This document shows positions 51,944-64,000 of a stretch of DNA of 64,000 bases, piece after piece. The stretch's first letter is position 1; each line of letters begins with the position of its first letter. The position numbers and the translations under genes were made by a program. The notes beneath the pieces were generated by a model. That model was given only the letters and a program-made list of their open reading frames with translations, searched no databases and was not told the origin of the DNA. This DNA comes from Eledone cirrhosa (Eukaryota). The DNA lies in NCBI GenBank assembly GCA_964016885.1, contig OZ024741.1, forward strand, positions 228,346,001-228,410,000. The letters are read 5' to 3'.

Positions 51944-54900
51944 CAGTTGCATTTATCTTGCTTTATGTTCATACGAGTTATCACCAAGTCACAACCAGTG
52001 ACCTCAAGAGACAACAAGGTCCGCCATGTTCAAGAAAGAACATACATACTCACACATGCATCGTTAGTGTTTAAACTTGTGATGTACTTATATTGACAGA
52101 ATCTTCCTTAGTATATGGGCAGTTCCCATTAGTACTATCTTTTGTATTTCTCCTATACGCGGGTTTCCTGGGATTTGCGATAAGTAATCATTAGACCCCT
52201 TAGGTATCATTCCCAGAGCGCCTACAGCCACTGGTATTGTTTTAGTTCTCAATTTCCACATTTTTCCAATTTCTATCTCCAGGTCCTTATACTTGCTCAA
52301 TTTTTCAAATGTTTTTATAGATACATTCTTGTCTATTGGAACAGACATATCAATTAGCAGGCATACCCTCTTTTTAAAGTCCTTCAATATTATATCAGGT
52401 CTATTTGCATCTATTTTTCGGTCTGTTTGGATGCTAAAGTTCCACAAGATTGAGATGTGATCTTTTTCAAGTATGGGAGGTGGTTGATGCTCCCACCAAT
52501 TCTTTTGATGGGGCAGGTCAAAATGCTTACACATTATCCAATGTATGTATTGTGCAGCTCTGTCATGCCTGTTTAGGTATTCGGTTGGAGCTATTGGACT
52601 GCACATTGAAATTATATGGTCAATGGTCTCTGGTTGTTTTTTGTATACACGGCATAATGGGCTGCATCCATTTTTTATTATGTTGGCTTGGTAATTTTTT
52701 GTTGGCAGACACTGATCTTGTGCTGATATAATCAGTCCTTCAGTTTCCGATTTCAGTCCAGAGGATGCCAACCACTGATGGGTTAAAGTTTTGTCAACAT
52801 CAGGATTGTTAGCTCGCTCTGGGTATTTTCCATACAGAGGCTTTTCTTGCCCTTTCGTAGCCAGTTTCTATAGCAGTTCTTTCTTTGCAGTTACTTTTAC
52901 CTGCTTTGCTTTTTCTGTGTTTTCCATTTCAGCAGTAAATGGGACTTCTGAAATTTGTAGTCCATTACTGTATCTTTGTGCATCTTTTGTAATGGAATAT
53001 GATCTTTTGATGCTTTCGTGTTTCAAAACGAGTTTGATCATCCAATCATGTGATTCCCTTAGATATGTAGATAATCCAATTGTTGCAGTTTTCAACGCAA
53101 TGTCTAACTGGATTAACCCACGTCCTCCTTCTTTCCTAGGGAGATATATTCTATCTATATCTGCCTTAGGGTGATGCATTCTGTGCATGGTTAAGGATTT
53201 TCTAATTTTTGTATCGAGCCTACGGATCTCTGTGCTTGACCAGTTGATGACATTGTAACTGTAGGGTACTACTGGTATGGCAAGCGTGTTTATGGCATCG
53301 ATCCTAATCCTTGCATTCAATTCCGTTCTTAAGATTGCTCTTACTCTGCGGTAACATTCCTTCCTTATCCTTTCCCTCATTGTCGAGTGCTTGATTCCGT
53401 CTCCTTCACAAACACCTAGATATTTGTAAGTTTTTTCTTGATCAAGTTCTCTTATCACGTTCCCCCGATCAAGATTAATGTCTGAACTCTTCAGCAGCTT
53501 TCCTCTGGTGAACGTTGCTTTGGCGCATTTATCTAGTCCAAACTCCATTTTAATGTCATCACTGAACTGCTCCAAAGTGGATAATAACCCTTGCAATTGT
53601 TCATCATTTTTTGCAAATAGTTTCAGGTCATCCATGTAGAACAAGTGATTAATGGTTTTGTCATAGACTTTATATCCATGTTTTGTTTCATTGAGCATTT
53701 TACTTTATGGTATAAGTGCGATGCAGAATAAAAGCGGTGATAAAGAGTCACCCTGAAAAATTCCACAATTAATATTAACTTCTCCAGCTTCCAGTGATTT
53801 TGTTTCACTATTCAAAAGGAGTGTCGTTTTCCATGTCTTCATACTAAATGACAAAAACCTCCTGACAACGGGGGATATTTTGAAAATCTCTAAACATTTT
53901 TCAATCCAACTGTGTGGCAAACTATCGAATGCTTTTTTTATAATCTATCCAAGCAATCGATAGAATATTGTGTCTATTATGACAATCTTCCAGTATCATT
54001 TTGTTAACCAAAAGCTGATCCTTACAGCCATATGAGCCTCGTTTACATCATTTCTGCTCAATGGGAAATAGGTCATTTGTTATCAGGTGGTCATATGTGT
54101 ATTCAGTTAGGACTGATGTTAAAATTTTATACATTGTGGTCAAGCAAGTTATCGGTCTGTAATTTTTGGGATTGTTTGCCTCATCATTCTTCGGAAGCAG
54201 GAATGTAATGCCGTTAACTAGCCATGATGGTCTCTTTTCTGGCTCCTTAACTATTTCATCGTAAAGTTGGGCTAACAGCTCATGAGACTCTGTGAAGGCA
54301 TTTATCCAAAAACTTTGTATTTTGTCTTTTCCTGGGGATTTCCATTTGCTGGTTTTTCTTAGAGGCAAGCGCAACTGTTCAACTGTTATATTTTCCCATA
54401 TTTGTTCTTCAAGGTGAGCTGTATCTTTCATTTGTCTGTCTATCCATGGGGCATGTATGTTATGAACTTTTTCTTCGGCCCAGATCTTTTCCCAGAATTC
54501 TTGCACTTCCTCCTTGGGTGGTATTGATTTAGCAGTTATTGTTGACTTACCATTTTTCTGTAGAAGTTTCTTTGGTTGTTTTTGAACATATTATTGTCCT
54601 TATAGAATCTAGATCGTTTTTCAAAGCGCCTTATACGAGCAGCTTTGGCCGACACTTTTTGCTTGATTATTTCTATCAGCATGTCTATGTCACTTGTTGA
54701 TTTTATACTGTATTATATTTTCAATTTTCTAAGTTTAGTTTGTTTAACATGTTCACCTCCTTTGTAGTTTGTTAAAATTTCTATATCAGATCGGAGAAGG
54801 TTTATTTGGCGATTGATGTTCTCTTGCCAAATAGATTTCTTGTGGGAATTCCTTTGTTTTTTCATTTTCACTCCACATAAGTGAGTGGTGACTTTAGCCG

Positions 54901-55920
54901 ATGCATAATAGAGATGATTTAAATCAGTAATGTTAATTTGTTTGTGATGATAATGTTTTTGAGAATTATGTTAGTCATGTGTATTATCTTTTGGTTCTGT
55001 TTGGAGTTCTGGATCTTAGGGAGGGTGTCTCGTTCCCCCATGTCAGATTCTTTCATTTTCATCCATTCGATCATAATTTCATCCTTCAAGTTGGCAAGTT
55101 CATTCTCATTCATTTCTTTATCATTTACGATCTCATTGTTTTCATTTTCAGTTTCATCTTGAGCATGCACTCCCTCCACTTTTTCGATCCTTTCTTTAAT
55201 TTGTTCTGTTGTCAGTGATTCCGCCCCAACCCTGGGATTCGAAGTGTTACAATTTACCTCGTTTTCACTGACACATGTTTTATTTTCCCTTCGCTGACTT
55301 TGTGCTAATAGCTTGATCTGATCAATTTCTATATCAGTTAGTAACTTTTTTTTACAATATTTCTTCGTATATTGGCTAGTTTGTTACTGTCAATATAGCC
55401 TCTGTTTTCGGGATGTTTCTTTTTCCAGTTGATATATGTCTGTTCTGTATTCGATGTATTTGATGGGTAGTACATGGCAGTGTAGAAAGCCTCAAGGACT
55501 TCTTTATTATCTTCCCTTGACCATTTTTCTCTCTTTTTCTTTGGATTTCTTGGTGGTGAGCATGGAGGGCCAACAGTAGGAGTATTCCGGTTATGGGATG
55601 TCTCCAGCTCCGAAGTGATGGGAAGGTTTGAACCATTAGCTGATTTTTCGACCCCAGTCTGGTTCCTCTCTGAGGGACGCGGCCCTTTTTTATCCGGGTG
55701 ACGGCCGATCCGGTATGAGATTTTATCATTTGACATTTACTTTATTTTGTCGCGTTTTATCCTTATCCGCCAAGGGGTAATCATTTCGTGTTACCACTTC
55801 TAGAACGACTGTCAACCAAGACTAGAGGGGTCGTTCTCCCCTAGAGACACGGCTATTCCCCGCCGGCCGCCATCCCGGTATTTCTTGGTCACGGGGTTTT
55901 CTTTTTTGTTGTTTTTTTAA
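51944..55920 (-). mobile_element. R4/Dong-clade element, family 2 (may extend to 56965)
   Basis: 3' end abuts (TAA)n; ORF fragments 52088-55736. Confidence 0.93.
52088..55736 (-). pseudogene. R4 ORF (RT, CCHC remnant, RLE), several frameshifts/stops
   Basis: WKSPGKD, YRPITCL, GIFQGDSLSP, HLFYMDD, KYLG, GGRGL, RHD, RPDII, KLSKYKDL, VGALG. Confidence 0.95.
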
Positions 55921-56964
55921 ATTGTTATTATCATGAGTGGTTCCTTAATGTGAGCATTGCGTGGCTTAAGATGAAATTATTAATAATTGTCTCCACTCCA
56001 GGCACAAGGCCAGCAATTACCCAGTGCATTACAATAATATAATATACTTTTTGCTGAAGTTGCCTGTTATTTTTGTTGGCTATGTCGGTGGTGGTGCTGG
56101 GGCTTTTTATATTGCTGGTGAGGAAGGGGGGAGCCAGCAGTGCCATAGTTGTTGACGTTTGGCCTGTGGCCAGGTCACTAAGTCAATCTATTTATATCTT
56201 TTGCTAGCCTCTCCCTTGTCTAGTGATACCGCCACCTTCCTCTTTCTTAAGTTAACAGGGGAATAGTGGTGGTAGCAATGAAGGAGTGGTGTCGGCGGTG
56301 ATGGGATAGTGGTAGCAATGATGGATGGAGTGGCGGCGGTGGCGTTGTCGTTACTGAGTTTTGTTGAATGGACTAGTTTTTTTGATATGTACTATCTATG
56401 CGTTTGTGTCGCGTATGTTTAATATATGTGTTGAATAGACTAGTTTTGTTTGATCTGTAGTATCTATGCGTTTGTGTCGCGTATGTTTAATATATGTGTT
56501 GACATATTCCCGTAATATTGGAATTAAACATTTTGTTAAAACTTGAGACAATAATAATAGTAATTATTATTATGATGCTGGGATTGGTGGTGGTGAAATT
56601 GCCGTTATCTGGCTGTTATATTTAGTGTACACAGCGGGGTGATGGGGTAGGTAGTGTATCAAGTTTCTGGTGTTGGTGAAATTGCTGTTATTTTGCTGTT
56701 CTATATAGTGTCGACAGAGGGGGTTTTCTTCCATTTATAACCATTTTCTTTTTTGAATATAAAATATATAATACAAAATTGAATATTTGAGCGATATAAC
56801 AATATATTATGGATCCGAAATTCTATGAGACTTGATTCGGTGGTTTATGCATCATTTGTACTAAGAATTGCTATTTCACAAGTGATTTAAATATGTTAAA
56901 AATCAAAAACTTACGGGAGCGATTTCATGACCTTCTACCACCACGTGCGTCTTCTTCCCATATC

Positions 56965-57011
<47 letters not shown>

Positions 57012-57222
57012 GGCGACCTACGTAGTAAATCGTATCATCGTGAGCTCCGCAAAGGTTTGTTATTTCCGTTTGTTAAAAATTGCCATTTATGGAAAATTTT
57101 TATTGTTAACTATATATAAGCGCACATACATTGTTTTCCGAAAAGGACACCCGAAAAGATTGGGGCCTTGTGCCCAAAATTTAAACTTTTATGATTGTCA
57201 AAAAATTTCTTTGAAAAAAAAA

Positions 57223-59113
57223 ATGGCTAATACACCTCTGCACCAAGCAGCTGAGAGCCTTCCTCACAAACTAACACCTCACACCGACACCACCATTGTA
57301 AATGTTACTACGTTTGCCAACACTAAAAAAAATATAAGCAGTAGCAATATTTTAAATTTGTCTCAGGCAGACATTCATTTCCCGCCATTACCAATGACTG
57401 CAGGTGTTAAAGCCGCCACCACCACCATCACCGCGACAACAGAAACAAAAGGAGAAAATAAATCAACGCGTGATGTCGAAATGTTTTCAACCAAAATGGA
57501 CTCTTCCACACCGAACACCACTGACGTCACCACCACCACAACTGAAACTAAAATTAATAATAACAAAAATAACGATAACAACAACAGCAACAATGACATA
57601 AAAAAAACCACACTGAGTTTTGCCAGAGTAGCAAAACAGTGCGAAGCATTTACGGTAACTCAGGAGGAATTAGAAAATGCCCAAAAAATGGTAAATAAAG
57701 ATGGGTACAGGGTCAGCCTCCCCCCCACACCTAATAAAATGTAGCATCGGCGCCTATGCACCGTGTCGTATCGAACAATTAATGTAAAATCGCGCCGAGT
57801 GGAACGGGCATCCGAGTCCCAAATCCAAAAAGCTTTGGGACATGTGTGGGTAAGAAAAACCCACATAAGACGTGGGCAGAAGTATGGAACCGTGGACGTG
57901 TTCTTTGAAACACCAGAGGAGGCTAGAGAACACTCCATGGCCCCATTAAGAAGTGACGACTTCACACTCGTCCCAAGCTATTGTGGCCAGAGACTCGTAA
58001 AGATCAGGGTGACCCACGTTCCACCGGCCATCGAAATTCCCTGGCTAATAGCGGCCGTCCTCGCCGGCATCGAAGCCAACACCAAAATAATAGCAATAGC
58101 AAAAGAAAAGTAGGAGAACTGGTCCGGATCTGGGATGGAGCTCCTGATCCAAGCGGACCAAAAAAGCATTGAGGAGATCCCAGAGGTAATAGACCTCACT
58201 GACGGCAGCCAGCTCACCGTAATTGTCGAGGGCAGAAGGCCTAGGTGTGTTGTTTGTGGTGAAGGAACCCACCTAAGGGCTTTCTGCCCTCAGGCTAAAA
58301 GGTTGAGGCCACCTCTCCTACCCACACCAGTGACTCAACCATCAACACCACCAGTAGCAGAGATGGCAGCAACAACTGTAGCAGCAACAACAGAAGCAAC
58401 TATAACAGCAACAACCCCATCAACAGTAGCAAAACCAACACCACCACCACCACCAGCAAAACCAACACCACCACCACCCAACGCTTCAGAACTAGCACCA
58501 GCGCCTACACCATCCACCACGCCACAACCAAAACTAACGCCTGTGGAGGATTTTCCACTCCTCGGCCTATCACAACTGGAGACAGATTGTGACGACGAGG
58601 AGTGGGAAACGGTATCAGGAAAAAAGAAAAAAAGGAACCAAAAAAGAAAAAAATTATCTTCCTTCCTCCTCCAAAAACAAAATACAGAGGGAAACAAATA
58701 AATTAACAAACAAAAAAGTTAGGACAGATATGCCACCATCCACACTAGCATCACCAACCCCATCACCCATAACACCAACGCCATCACCATCATTAACCCC
58801 AACACCATCATCACCTACACCACAAAAGTCACCAAAATGCGAAATAGAAACAATCCCACAACAAGTGCAAACAAAACGAAACAACCAAAACGATACACAC
58901 TACACAGCATTAAATTTGAACAATAACCAATTATTACACTACATCCAGCACAACACCAGCATCACAGAAAAAGACTACACAACAACCCAAAAATTCACAC
59001 CACCTCCACACATACGAATCACTCGCATCACACAGAAAACGTACATGACACTAAAACAAAAATTCCCCAAAGACATCGGAGACTTCCGACAAGCACTCTC
59101 CAGGAGGATTTAA
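57223..59113 (+). pseudogene. Tx1 ORF1 (zinc knuckle, Pro/Thr-rich), in-frame stops and a frameshift
   Basis: LSFARVA, RGQKYGTVDVFF, CVVCGEGTHLRAFC, EEWETVSGKKKKR. Confidence 0.87.
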
Positions 59114-59225
59114 AAGGACATCCTTCCTGAGGAGGCCACAAGCAGTGAAAAGGATGGAAAACCCATCCTTCCTCTACGAGAAGTAAGGTATGTGGTCTTT
59201 CCCATCTTTTCCACTCCATTTCAAC

Positions 59226-62200
59226 ATGACCTCACTCAGAATAGGCAGTATAAATGCGCGTGGCTTGGGGTCGTCATGGAAGCAGGGCCACCTCCTCAAC
59301 AACCTCAGGTCACTAAACATAGATGTAGTGGCCATCAGCGAGACCAGAATTTCCGAAGCACGGGCCTTCGCACCGATCTTCGGCGGCTATGATGTGTACG
59401 CATCTCCCAGTCGTCCGGGATCGGGGGAGGAGCTGCTGTGCTTTTTCGGAGAGGTTTGGATCTTGCCATACGGGCCATCTTCCTAGACCCAGAAGGTAAG
59501 TTAGTGGTGCTGAAAGTGACCAGCGGAGACGGGCAAGCTTTCAGGTTAGTGGCCGTCTATGCCCTGACAGGAGCAGGGCGGCCTGATTTTTTCCGGCGTC
59601 TGGAGACCTTTCTTGGAACGTCCCGCTCTTTAGTGTTAGTGGGCGACTGGAACGGGATCTTAGATGCACGCTGGGATTGTGTGGGATTAGTGGATAGGGG
59701 AGGAGGGTGCAAGAGTCTCACCAACCTGCTCAGGCGTTTTGAACTGTCTGACAGGTACCGATTGGATTTCCCGAATGTACCAATGTGGACTTGGACAAAT
59801 CGCATAGGGTCATCCAGATCATATCTAGATAGAGTATTTTGTAGGGAAATAGATAGGTCTAGCATAGGCTGTCCACAATTCAAGATAGTCAGCTACACGG
59901 ACCACAAATTCGTGATCTGTGTGCTTGACTTAGATAGGCTTCATAGACGAGGACCCGGCTACTAGAAGCTAAACGCGTCCTTACCAGCGCGCAAGACCTA
60001 CAGAGACCGGATTAGCGAACTAGTAAAGCGGGCGTTGACGGGGGCCATCGTCAACAACAAGTGGTGGTTTGCTCTGAAAAGAGCAATTAGAATAGAGTCC
60101 ATTAGGTTTAGTAAGGCTTTAGCAATAGAGAAAAATAGAGCAGAGGGAGAATTAGTTAGAAAATTAGACGAGGCGCTTTGCAAAGGCATCGCGACCGACG
60201 TACTTGCGGCGAAATTGACCCTTGTCCCAATTCTTCAATGCAAAGCACGAAGGCTGCGTTGTCAGTGCTAGGGTGCGTGCTCTCAGACACGAGGGGATGA
60301 AAGCCGTTCAATGGGCCCGAGTGGCGGAGGCGCGTCGTGGCAACAAAGCCTCGATCCCGTCTTTGGTGGACCACGACGGGCGCATGCTACTCGATCCCGG
60401 GTAAATGTGTGAAGCTTTTCAGCGACACTTCACTCAACTGTTCGAGGGCAGTGGCGGGCCGGATAGAGGGATGAACTTTAGTGTCTAGCTCGACGGACTG
60501 CCGCGGCTCTCGGCCACTGAGGCGGAGTGTTGCGAAAAGCCGATAACAGCCGCTGAAGTACGGGAGGCAATGACTGGCTGCACCAGGGGTAAATCGCCTG
60601 GTTTGGATGGTCTGCCCTATGAACTTTACGTACAAATGCCAGACTTGTTCGGAGGCCTCTTGGCGGACGTCTACTGCAACTGGCAACAGAACGGGAGAAT
60701 TCCCAGCTCTGTGAGCCGAGGAGCGGTGGCGCTGCCGAGAAAGGATCCGAACAAGGGGGATAACAGATAATTTTAGGCCCATAACTCTGCTAAACACAGA
60801 GTTCAAGATTTTGGCCAATGTGCTAGCAAAGAGGTTGGCGCTTGTCGTTGGTGGTCTGGTGGGAGAGGCGCAGACATGCGCCATTCCCAACAGATCCATC
60901 CACGACAACCTCCACCTCATGCGATACATCGTAGAGAGGGTAGCTAGGGAACCTGGCGCGGGTGGGTCTTTGATCAATTTAGATCAGTCGAAAGCCTTCG
61001 ATAGGGTCGACCATCGTTACCTAGCGGCAGTCCTGAGGGCGGCTGGCTTTGGGCCCGTCTTCAGAGGCTGGATCGCTGCCATGCACAGCGACATCTGCTC
61101 TGTGGTGAGAGTGAACGGTCACCTTTCGGAACCGTTCAACATCATGCGCTCGGTCCGCCAAGGATGTCCCCTCTCGTCCCTCTTGTACGTATTGACTCTC
61201 GAGCCATTACTGCACAAACTGGAGACGTTGAGGGGGGTTCCGCGCGAACTAGGATGCGGAAGATCCGTGTCAGCATATGCCGACGATGTCACCGTAGTGG
61301 TGTCGAACGCCAAACACATCGAGGCGATCGGCACTACACTAAAAGAATACGAAGCGGTGACAGGAGCAATGATCAACCAGGAAAAGTCAGTGTGCCTGCA
61401 GCTCGGCACCTGGAGAGGCAGGTCCATGCCGTCCAACAGCGTCGTCGGACGCTGGACGGACGGACCGGTTAAATTGCTAGGGGTCTGGTTCGGTCCGGAC
61501 CTCCAGACGGACAAAAACTGGGACGAGGTGACGAGCAGTGTGGCTTCTCTGACCCAGAAATGGGCCGAGAGGAAGCTATCCCTAAACGGTCGAGCGGAGG
61601 TGGCTAACGCGTACATCGCGTCCGTCATCTACTACCGGCTGACCGTCGTACCTTGTCCTAAGCCCCGCCTGACTGCGCTGGAGCGTTTGCTCTTTAGCTT
61701 TTTGTGGAAGAGACGCGCTCCGATGGTCAGGCGGTCCATCTGCTGTCAACACCCGCTACGTGGAGGGCTGGGCATGCCGTGGCTGATGATGCGCAGACAC
61801 GCGCTCAGGCTACGACATCTCCACCTCTTTCTCGACGGTGATCAGGTGTGGTCGCCATTTGCTAGACACGTCTTTCCCCAGCTCGTCTCCTTGATGGAGC
61901 TGCAGTCCTGGGTCAAGCGAAGATCGAGAGGGAGCGCTTGGAGACTGGAATGTTTTCAGGCGCTCACAGCCCTCGACCAATCGGGCAATGTGATCGGTGG
62001 AAACTCCACCTTGGCGTTCTATAGAGGATTAGTGGAGGGGAAGAGCGACGACGTACTTGGAGAAACTCTAGGCGTCGACGAAAAATCAACTAGCCAATCT
62101 CTTCGGAAGGACTTTCGGGCCGGGTCCTATGGACAACTTCCAGAAATACCTGGCCTGGCAGTGCTACCGGGGAGCTTTGCCAGTTCGGGATAAACTCTAC

Positions 62201-62635
62201 AGGCATGGAGGTGCCGTCAGCCGGGCATGTCCGAGATGCGCGCAGGGCGACGAAACCGTCCTGCACGCACTCGTCCAGTGTCCGAGCATTGCTGACTAGT
62301 GGGTTTATGTCGAACACCTGCTGTCACGTGTAGGACCGATCCGGCTATCAGCTGAGTCCATCGTGAGGATTGCCCCGCTGTCTTCCTTTAGCCGGGAAGG
62401 GCAGGCAGTTTTTATCTGTCTGGTGGCCATGGCGAAAGAGATAGTATGGTGGACACGTTTGAAAGGGCTGAAGACGAGCACTTACCTCTTCGGTGATGCC
62501 CTGATTAACTTTTTCAAATTTCATTTGAAAAGGAAAATCAGGGTAGAGAGGGAAGTGCTTTCTTCCCAGCATTTTGTTGAAATATGGGTGAGAGAAGCAG
62601 GTATGGCCCGAAGCAGGTATGTGTCTGTAAATTAA
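59226..62635 (+). pseudogene. Tx1 ORF2 (APE-RT-CCHC), disrupted
   Basis: INARGL, SET, GDWN, YLDR, TDH, KSPGLDG, LDQSKAFDRVDH, VRQGCPLS, AYADD, KLLG, GGLG, CPRC. Confidence 0.95.
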
Positions 62636-62899
62636 AGGTGGAAAACTGGGAGACGGCACTTGCCCTGGTGGTCAGGGTCACTGTGGTCTTTTAATGGGCT
62701 TTCTCCACAAATGTCCCTCGGAAGTCTCCCCCCTATTGGGGAATCTTTTCTTTGTTATTTTATTACATCCTCTGTTTTTTTTTACACGCAGAAATGCCCA
62801 TTTGTACCGTCCTGTATTGTCCTGTACTGCCCTTAATGTCTATTTTATGTAAACCCTTGTGGTTAATAAAGAAAACATTATTATTATTATTAATATTAT

Positions 62900-63169
62900 T
62901 TACATTCCTTACATTAAACTACAACTATGTTGACAATCTTTAAATAATGTCTTCCTTGTGAAATGTGTGGTCTTGTTTTGCTTAACTAATGAATATTTCC
63001 AGCTCTGTGCACCTAACCTCTGCGTGAACCCAGCCACCTAGCTGCCTTCCACTGCATATTGCACATTGAGCACATGCCTTTACGCTTTTGGCTTCTAACT
63101 AATTCACCAATCTCTCTTCTCCTCTCCTATCTCCATCTCTCTCTTTAAGATTGGTTACTCTTGAACTGG

Positions 63170-63177
<8 letters not shown>
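62900..63177 (+). mobile_element. Distal part of the Naiad pLTR interrupted at ~46665
   Basis: TACATTCCTTACAT continues as in the uninterrupted pLTR at 45370; matches 42108-42290 and the reverse complement of 40213-40490. Confidence 0.88.
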
Positions 63178-63223
<46 letters not shown>

Positions 63224-63229
<6 letters not shown>

Positions 63230-63428
63230 CAACTAGAAATTGATTAACATATGAAACAATCACGGGATAATCTTTACAAATGTGTAAGCACACGTATCTA
63301 TTTTTGAAGTTCTAGTTAACTTTATTTAGTTACCTACCTAGCTATGTGTGCTTACACACTTGTAAAAATTATCCCCTGTGATTGTTTCATATGTTTATTT
63401 ATATGTTAATCAATTTCTAGTTGTTATA
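63224..63428. repeat. Fold-back (MITE-like) element with ~70-bp imperfect arms
   Basis: TATAACAACTAGAAATTGATTAACATAT...GTGTAAGCACAC / GTGTGCTTACAC...ATATGTTAATCAATTTCTAGTTGTTATA. Confidence 0.8.
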
Positions 63429-63544
63429 AAATGCTCGGACCTATTCATTATAATCTTGGAGCTTATTTTACGGGTGATATGGCGCATGCCTTTCTGGCAT
63501 GACACCCATAATTTTGATTTAGATTAAATTCATTTTGATTTATC

Positions 63545-63608
<64 letters not shown>

Positions 63609-64000
63609 GATGTTTTTGCATTCTTGCAATAACATACACAACTGAATTCATTCGCCTGATATAGGGATTGCCTCCCTTGCCGATCCCCACGTGGCGTCAG
63701 TAACAGTCAGTCCTTGTATTAACATTGAACTAAAACCTGTTGAGAAAGTGGCTTCCTTGTTCAATAATCTTTCCAGAAGCCTAACATTATTTATGTAAGC
63801 GGACAGTATTTGATTTAGGAGCCGCAGAAACCCAAATGCTGGATTTTACCAACCTTCCAGGGGTACGGGTAAATTTTCAATCACAGATATTTTTTATTTG
63901 TTTGACCCGAATTACTTGATCGTTTTTTGGGCTATGCGAATGATTGTTTAACCATCGTCTCAGTGTGTTTGGCCTTTAACGTTTGTTATAGCTCTGGTTC

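Larger units (their letters stand above)
57012..62876 (+). mobile_element. Full-length, decayed Tx1/L1-clade element (family B) in (TTA)n
   Basis: (TTA)n at 56965-57011 and 62877-62900; ORF1 + ORF2; 3' end CCTTGTGGTTAATAAAGAAAAC. Confidence 0.93.

Noticed and set aside
55755-55897. Canonical HDV-like ribozyme call
   Set aside because: Helix order is similar but G1, the L3 consensus and the J4/2 catalytic C are missing; kept only as an unclassified structure.

Overview
Eukaryotic, AT-rich, microsatellite-saturated DNA made almost entirely of transposable elements. The repeat content looks like an octopod cephalopod (inference from recalled SINE families, not a database result). Contents: (i) a head-to-tail stack of Tx1/L1-clade non-LTR retrotransposons in (TATC)n at 1-7.5 kb and a second Tx1 family in (TTA)n at 57.0-62.9 kb; (ii) two diverged R4/Dong-clade elements plus fragments; (iii) several Penelope-like element (PLE) families, including a near-complete Naiad-type copy and a Neptune-type remnant, with inverted pLTRs; (iv) about 20 hammerhead-ribozyme motifs (intact, core-variant or degenerate) of at least 8 sequence types, read by eye; (v) many tRNA-derived SINEs, a hAT MITE, Helitrons, and CR1-group and Vingi fragments. 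All large TE ORFs are disrupted. Most notable: a (TTA)n tract built into a PLE pLTR next to its ribozyme has received a 16-kb nested pile-up of microsatellite-associated retroelements; two diverged R4 families are preceded by the same 5' module and have pseudoknot-rich leaders; the dominant SINE shares tail and insertion polarity with Tx1; and the one convincing host-like exon (19261-19448, minus) carries a single in-frame UGA-CUA. No CRISPR array, rRNA or complete host gene was seen. Coordinates were counted manually and element boundaries may be off by a few bases.
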